Assembly: GCA_964410845.1 (NCBI GenBank)
Contig: CAYPJB010000003.1
Location: 1-34,568, forward strand
Source of the DNA: an uncultured Bacteroidales bacterium
Lineage (GTDB): Bacteria; Planctomycetota; Planctomycetia; Gemmatales; HRBIN36
Direction of reading: 5' to 3'
DNA length: 34,568 nucleotides
Shown: positions 30,794-34,568 of the stretch, one piece after another
Layout of the letters: each line of letters begins with the position of its first letter
How positions within the stretch are numbered: the first letter of the stretch is position 1
Program-made: the position numbers and the translations under genes
The notes under the pieces: model-generated
What the model was told of the DNA's origin: nothing
Databases searched by the model: none
The model's input: only the letters and a program-made list of their open reading frames with translations

Positions 30794-32257
30794 TTATCCC
30801 TTGATCACACCAATCGGGCGAAGCCTGGCAACCTTCCTCGAGATGCCCGCCTTGTGGACGACTTCCACCACCATGTCAACATCCTTGTAGGCGTCGGGCT
30901 GCTCTTCCGCGAGACCCTTCCAGCTGCGGGCACGAGCAATCACGCCACGGGCTTCCAGTTCCTTGTCGATCCGTCGCCCCTGGGCATGTTTGACCGCTGC
31001 CGTCCGGCTCATGCACCGCCCTGCCCCATGGCACGTGGTGCCAAACGACTTGGCCATGCTGCCCGGCTGACCGACCAGCACCCAACTGGCACGTCCCATA
31101 TCGCCCGGAATGATAACCGGCTGACCGATTCCCTGGTACATGCTGGGCACCTCGGGGTGACCCGCGGGGAAAGCACGGGTTGCTCCTTTGCGGTGGACCC
31201 ATACTTTTTTGGTGGCCTTGCCGACTGTGTGCTCTTCCAGCTTGGCGATGTTATGTGCCACATCGTACACCTGCGACATCCGCAGCGATTCCCACGACTG
31301 CCCCAGTACACTGGCGAAAACTTCGCGGGCCTGCCACATCAGGAGCTGGCGGTTGCACCAGGCAAAGTTCGCTGCTGCCCGCATCGCCCCCAGATACTTC
31401 TGACCTTCCGGGCTATGTACCGGAGCACATGCCAATTGTCGGTCTGGCAGCTTGATGCCATACTTTTCCGGCACCCCGCGAAGCATTGTCAGGGCATCAT
31501 CACAGACCTGATACCCCAGCCCACGTGAACCACTGTGGATCATCACGACCACCTGGCTCTCGTACAAGCCCATGGTTTGGGCCGCTGCTGCATCGTGAAT
31601 CTGATCGACAACCTGTACTTCGAGGAAATGGTTGCCTGAACCCAGTGTTCCACATTGCTGGGCGCCACGGTCCAGCGCCCGGTCACTGACAAAGCCAGGC
31701 TCCGCTCCTGCAAGGTATCCTTCTGCTTCAGTGTGATCGATATCGCTCTGGGTGGCCAGTCCGCGCCTGATCAGGTAGCGCGATCCTTCGCTCATCAGAT
31801 CACGCAGTTCATTCCGCTGGAAACTATACTGCCCGGTACGCCCTACCCCGGCTGGAACCGTGTTGAAGAGAGTCTCGACCAGCGAACGCAGCTTGGGTCG
31901 AATGGTGTCGTAATCCAAATTAGTACGCACCAGGCGTACCCCACAGTTGATGTCGTACCCCACTCCTCCCGGCGAAATAACACCACCATCCAGTGGATCA
32001 GTCGCACAAACACCACCGATGCAGAAGCCATACCCCCAATGAATATCGGGCATGGCCATTGAAGCCACCTGAATGCCCGGCAGCGTAGCCACGTTAGCCA
32101 CCTGCTCTGGCGCGGTGTCGGCACGAATGTGTTCGATCAAAGTATCATCAGCAAAAATGAGCCCATCAACGCGCATATCCTCACGATAACTCTTCGGTAT
32201 GCGCCAGAGAGTATCATCTACACGTTCGAGTGGGCCGTGGTAACTTTCCTTGGCCAT
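30794..32257 (-). CDS. rtcB: RNA 3'-phosphate/2',3'-cyclic phosphate ligase RtcB
   Basis: Hallmark RtcB motifs: MPDIHWGYGFCIGGV, GGVGYDINCGVR, GSGNHFLE, HSGSRGLG, HGAGR. Confidence 0.95.
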   Translation of the reverse strand: MAKESYHGPLERVDDTLWRIPKSYREDMRVDGLIFADDTLIEHIRADTAPEQVANVATLPGIQVASMAMPDIHWGYGFCIGGVCATDPLDGGVISPGGVGYDINCGVRLVRTNLDYDTIRPKLRSLVETLFNTVPAGVGRTGQYSFQRNELRDLMSEGSRYLIRRGLATQSDIDHTEAEGYLAGAEPGFVSDRALDRGAQQCGTLGSGNHFLEVQVVDQIHDAAAAQTMGLYESQVVVMIHSGSRGLGYQVCDDALTMLRGVPEKYGIKLPDRQLACAPVHSPEGQKYLGAMRAAANFAWCNRQLLMWQAREVFASVLGQSWESLRMSQVYDVAHNIAKLEEHTVGKATKKVWVHRKGATRAFPAGHPEVPSMYQGIGQPVIIPGDMGRASWVLVGQPGSMAKSFGTTCHGAGRCMSRTAAVKHAQGRRIDKELEARGVIARARSWKGLAEEQPDAYKDVDMVVEVVHKAGISRKVARLRPIGVIKG

Positions 32258-32276
32258 GGTGCTTTCCCTGTTTCAG

Positions 32277-32690
32277 TTAAATATCGAGAATGACTTCTCC
32301 AAGCCAATCGCCATCAGCTTGATGTTCCAGCTTCAGTTGATGATAGGTGACAGCTTTCACTTCGTGATCTAACTGATGCTTGACATCATCGCGTGGTTCA
32401 CCGGAAACGATCGCATGTAAAGAATCACCCTGCACTGTGACAGAAAATTGGCAAAGCACAAGATGCTTTGCATCAAATACATAAAGCAGTTCATTGAGCC
32501 AGTCAAAGAGCATCAACTCGCGATCTGCCTGCTTGAGCTGGATTTCCAGATGGATTAACGGTTGAACTTCTGACAGATTTTCCACCAGTAATTCGAAGAG
32601 AGCTGTTCCCGCTTCTGCCAGCAGCCCTTCCAGGCTAGCATGGCGAATACGAAGCCCTAGATCTGCTGTATGTTCAAATACTTCGTGCAT
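32277..32690 (-). CDS. archease (RtcB activator/chaperone)
   Basis: N-terminal FEHTADLGLR motif and C-terminal KAVTYHQL motif typical of archease. It lies 19 nt upstream of rtcB on the same strand. Confidence 0.9.
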   Translation of the reverse strand: MHEVFEHTADLGLRIRHASLEGLLAEAGTALFELLVENLSEVQPLIHLEIQLKQADRELMLFDWLNELLYVFDAKHLVLCQFSVTVQGDSLHAIVSGEPRDDVKHQLDHEVKAVTYHQLKLEHQADGDWLGEVILDI

Positions 32691-32940
32691 AGCAGTAATT
32701 CTCCTCGTCCTTACTGATCATTCAGCATTCTGGATTGTTCATTACTCCATGCACTTTCTATCAGAGATGAATATCCTTCAGAGCTTATTCTCCATGGTAG
32801 TTCATGCACACTGAAGCAATCATATAGCAAACTCATGCTGTAATGTTGAACAAAAAATAAGAAAATGTAGACATCATGAACAGATTATTCTAATACATCA
32901 CACATGGTGGTAAATCTACACAATTTGACACGAGGACGTT

Positions 32941-33300
32941 ATGAGCAAGGCAGGCAAACCAGGGCGCGGCGAGAAAGCACAAGCCATTCGTGAAGCTCTC
33001 AAAAGTCACCCCCATCTGAAGAACCGTGAATTGGCAGAACTGCTGATGAGCAAAGGTATCAAATGCTCCAGCCAGGATATTGCCAATCAGAAGGCACGCT
33101 TCAAGCGACTCAGTGGTGAATCTTCCAAGCAGACCTTTACCGTTGATGATCTGCGCAAGGTCAAGACCATCGTTTCTGAATCAGGTGGGCTCAAGACTCT
33201 ACTGAACAAGCTGAACGAGGTAGATCGCCTGGCTGAACAGGTCGGCGGGATCGACAAGCTCCGCAAGGGCCTCGAAGTACTCTCCGAGTTCAACAGCTAG
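32941..33300 (+). CDS. hypothetical small basic protein (possible HTH N-terminus, coiled-coil C-terminus)
   Basis: 119-aa ORF preceded by a ~250-bp AT-rich region. I recognise no family, so coding status rests on ORF length and composition only. Confidence 0.5.
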   Translation: MSKAGKPGRGEKAQAIREALKSHPHLKNRELAELLMSKGIKCSSQDIANQKARFKRLSGESSKQTFTVDDLRKVKTIVSESGGLKTLLNKLNEVDRLAEQVGGIDKLRKGLEVLSEFNS

Positions 33301-33307
33301 TTGAAAG

Positions 33308-33393
33308 TGGCGCTGGTGGGACTTGAACCCACACGGAGCTTACGCTCCAAGGGATTTTAAATCCCTTGTGTCTGCCGATTCCACCACAGCGCC
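33308..33393 (-). tRNA. tRNA-Leu (anticodon UAA), class II with long variable arm
   Basis: Hand-folded cloverleaf. Acceptor GGCGCTG/CAGCGCC. D stem GTG/CAC with an 11-nt loop. Anticodon stem AGGGA/TCCCT with loop TTTAAAA (anticodon TAA). Variable arm GGAGC-GTAA-GCTCC. T arm GTGGG-TTCAAGT-CCCAC. Discriminator A. CCA is not encoded. Confidence 0.9.
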
Positions 33394-33503
33394 TTCATGC
33401 TGCGACTCCTAGAGTTACAGTTACAGGTGATTTCGTCAATACCCTCTGGAACTTACCAGGGGGTTTCTCTTTGGACTGTGGGCAGGTCAGCGGGGTTCAC
33501 CGG

Positions 33504-33533
33504 AGTTGTTGGTTACTGATTGTTTGTTGTCGG
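33504..33533. repeat. solo GTTG-rich arm related to the 8367 and 23054 repeat arms
   Basis: AGTTGTTGGTTACTGATTGTTTGTTGTCGG resembles the left arms at 8367-8396 and 23054-23085. I found no complementary CAAC-rich partner nearby. Confidence 0.35.
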
Positions 33534-33600
33534 TAAAGTGCTGTAAGATATCCCTTTTCCCATCCCCTACTCGCTGCTCCCCATTCCCTCACTCCCTCGT

Positions 33601-34542
33601 ATGACTCAAGTCTTCGACAGAGCACTGATCCTCACTGGCCCCACTGGTTCAGGAAAGTCTGCGCTGGCTCATCGTCTTGCTCGTGAATTTCCCATGGAAA
33701 TCATCTCCATGGATTCGATGGCACTCTATCGACACATGGATATTGGTACTGCCAAACCTTCGCAGCAAGAACGGCAGGAAGTTCGCTACCACCTGGTCGA
33801 TTGTCTCGATCCCTGGGAGAGTGCTTCAGTCGCCTGGTGGCTGGAACAGGCAGAACTGGCTATCCAGCAGATACTCGACAGGAAACACATCCCTCTCATC
33901 GTCGGCGGCACGCCACTCTACCTCAAAGCACTTTTGCATGGAATGTTCGAAGGCCCGATCATTGATCCCGGAATACGGCAGAAGCTGGAAGCACAATCAG
34001 CAGCAGAGCTGTTTCGTGAACTGGAACCCATCGATCCAGACGCGGCCCGCCGCATCCATCCCCACGATCATAAAAGGCTGGTCCGTGCTCTCGAGGTGTA
34101 TCAGCAGACCGGCCAAACCCTCACTTCGCTGCAACAGCAGTTTCATGCAATACCAAAGGAACGCCGCTACCCTGTGCTCTGTGTTGATCTGCCTCGCGAA
34201 CTGCTCTACTCGCGCATTAACCAGCGGGTCGATGGCATGATGCAACTCGGCTGGCTGGAGGAAGTAAAACTACTGCAGGCGATGCCCCAACCGCTCAGCA
34301 AAGAAGCAGCACAAGCTGCCGGTTATAAGGAATTACTCGAGCACCTTGCCGGGCACGCTGCCTTGGACGAGACCATCGACCGCATCAAAACAAGAACCAG
34401 GCAACTTGCCAAAAGGCAACTCACCTGGTTTCGTCATCTGCCCGGTATCATCCCACTCCCCCCGGCTGAAGCGGAGGCAGAGTTGCGGAATCAAATATCT
34501 TCCATCACCCCGGCCATGGGGTCGGCTGGTTCGCCCTTATAG
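33601..34542 (+). CDS. miaA: tRNA dimethylallyltransferase MiaA
   Basis: P-loop GPTGSGKS at the N-terminus, SMDSMALYRHMDIGTAKP, GGTPLYLKALL, and QLAKRQLTWFR near the C-terminus. Confidence 0.95.
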   Translation: MTQVFDRALILTGPTGSGKSALAHRLAREFPMEIISMDSMALYRHMDIGTAKPSQQERQEVRYHLVDCLDPWESASVAWWLEQAELAIQQILDRKHIPLIVGGTPLYLKALLHGMFEGPIIDPGIRQKLEAQSAAELFRELEPIDPDAARRIHPHDHKRLVRALEVYQQTGQTLTSLQQQFHAIPKERRYPVLCVDLPRELLYSRINQRVDGMMQLGWLEEVKLLQAMPQPLSKEAAQAAGYKELLEHLAGHAALDETIDRIKTRTRQLAKRQLTWFRHLPGIIPLPPAEAEAELRNQISSITPAMGSAGSPL

Positions 34543-34568
34543 AGCTTGCGGTTGATGTTCGCATTGTA

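Noticed and set aside
33308-33393. tRNA-Leu as an integration hotspot for a genomic island.
   Set aside because: There is no integrase, no duplicated tRNA 3' segment and no composition shift in the flanking genes within the window.

Overview
This is a chromosomal segment, almost certainly from a member of the Planctomycetota. The diagnostic genes are a DUF1559 pilin-like protein with a prepilin N-terminus, a DUF1501 protein, a PSCyt1/DUF1549/DUF1553 protein and a Tat-signal Gfo/Idh/MocA oxidoreductase. G+C is in the mid-50s percent by eye. I support about 31 CDS and one tRNA-Leu(UAA).

Most genes are housekeeping or envelope functions:
- sigma-54 activator fragment and two VOC/glyoxalase proteins
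- exbB-exbD-exbD plus a lipase
- dGTPase-like HD protein and a PIN/TRAM protein
- rimO, a PQQ-like beta-propeller and a polytopic membrane protein
- a MacAB/DevCBA-like ABC exporter with two FtsX-type permeases
- hom, archease-rtcB and miaA

The unusual content is mainly non-coding or accessory:
1. A roughly 1.5 kb low-GC two-gene cassette (a PEP-CTERM-like secreted protein plus a small partner) is bracketed by two diverged direct copies of a ~180-200 nt element that folds into a very long imperfect hairpin.
2. A family of GTTGTTGG / CCAACAAC inverted-repeat arms occurs three times. One pair encloses a 23S-rRNA-IVS-type four-helix-bundle gene wedged between the two ABC permease cistrons. One gene-less pair sits between exbB and exbD. 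One arm stands alone upstream of miaA.
3. A 190-bp palindromic MITE-like element is flanked by a diverged 35-bp duplication of the 3' end of the upstream gene.
4. A predicted pseudokinase is fused to a canonical PilZ domain.

I recognised no rRNA, CRISPR array, transposase, integrase, reverse transcriptase or cas gene. All family calls rest on motif recognition by eye, not on database searches.
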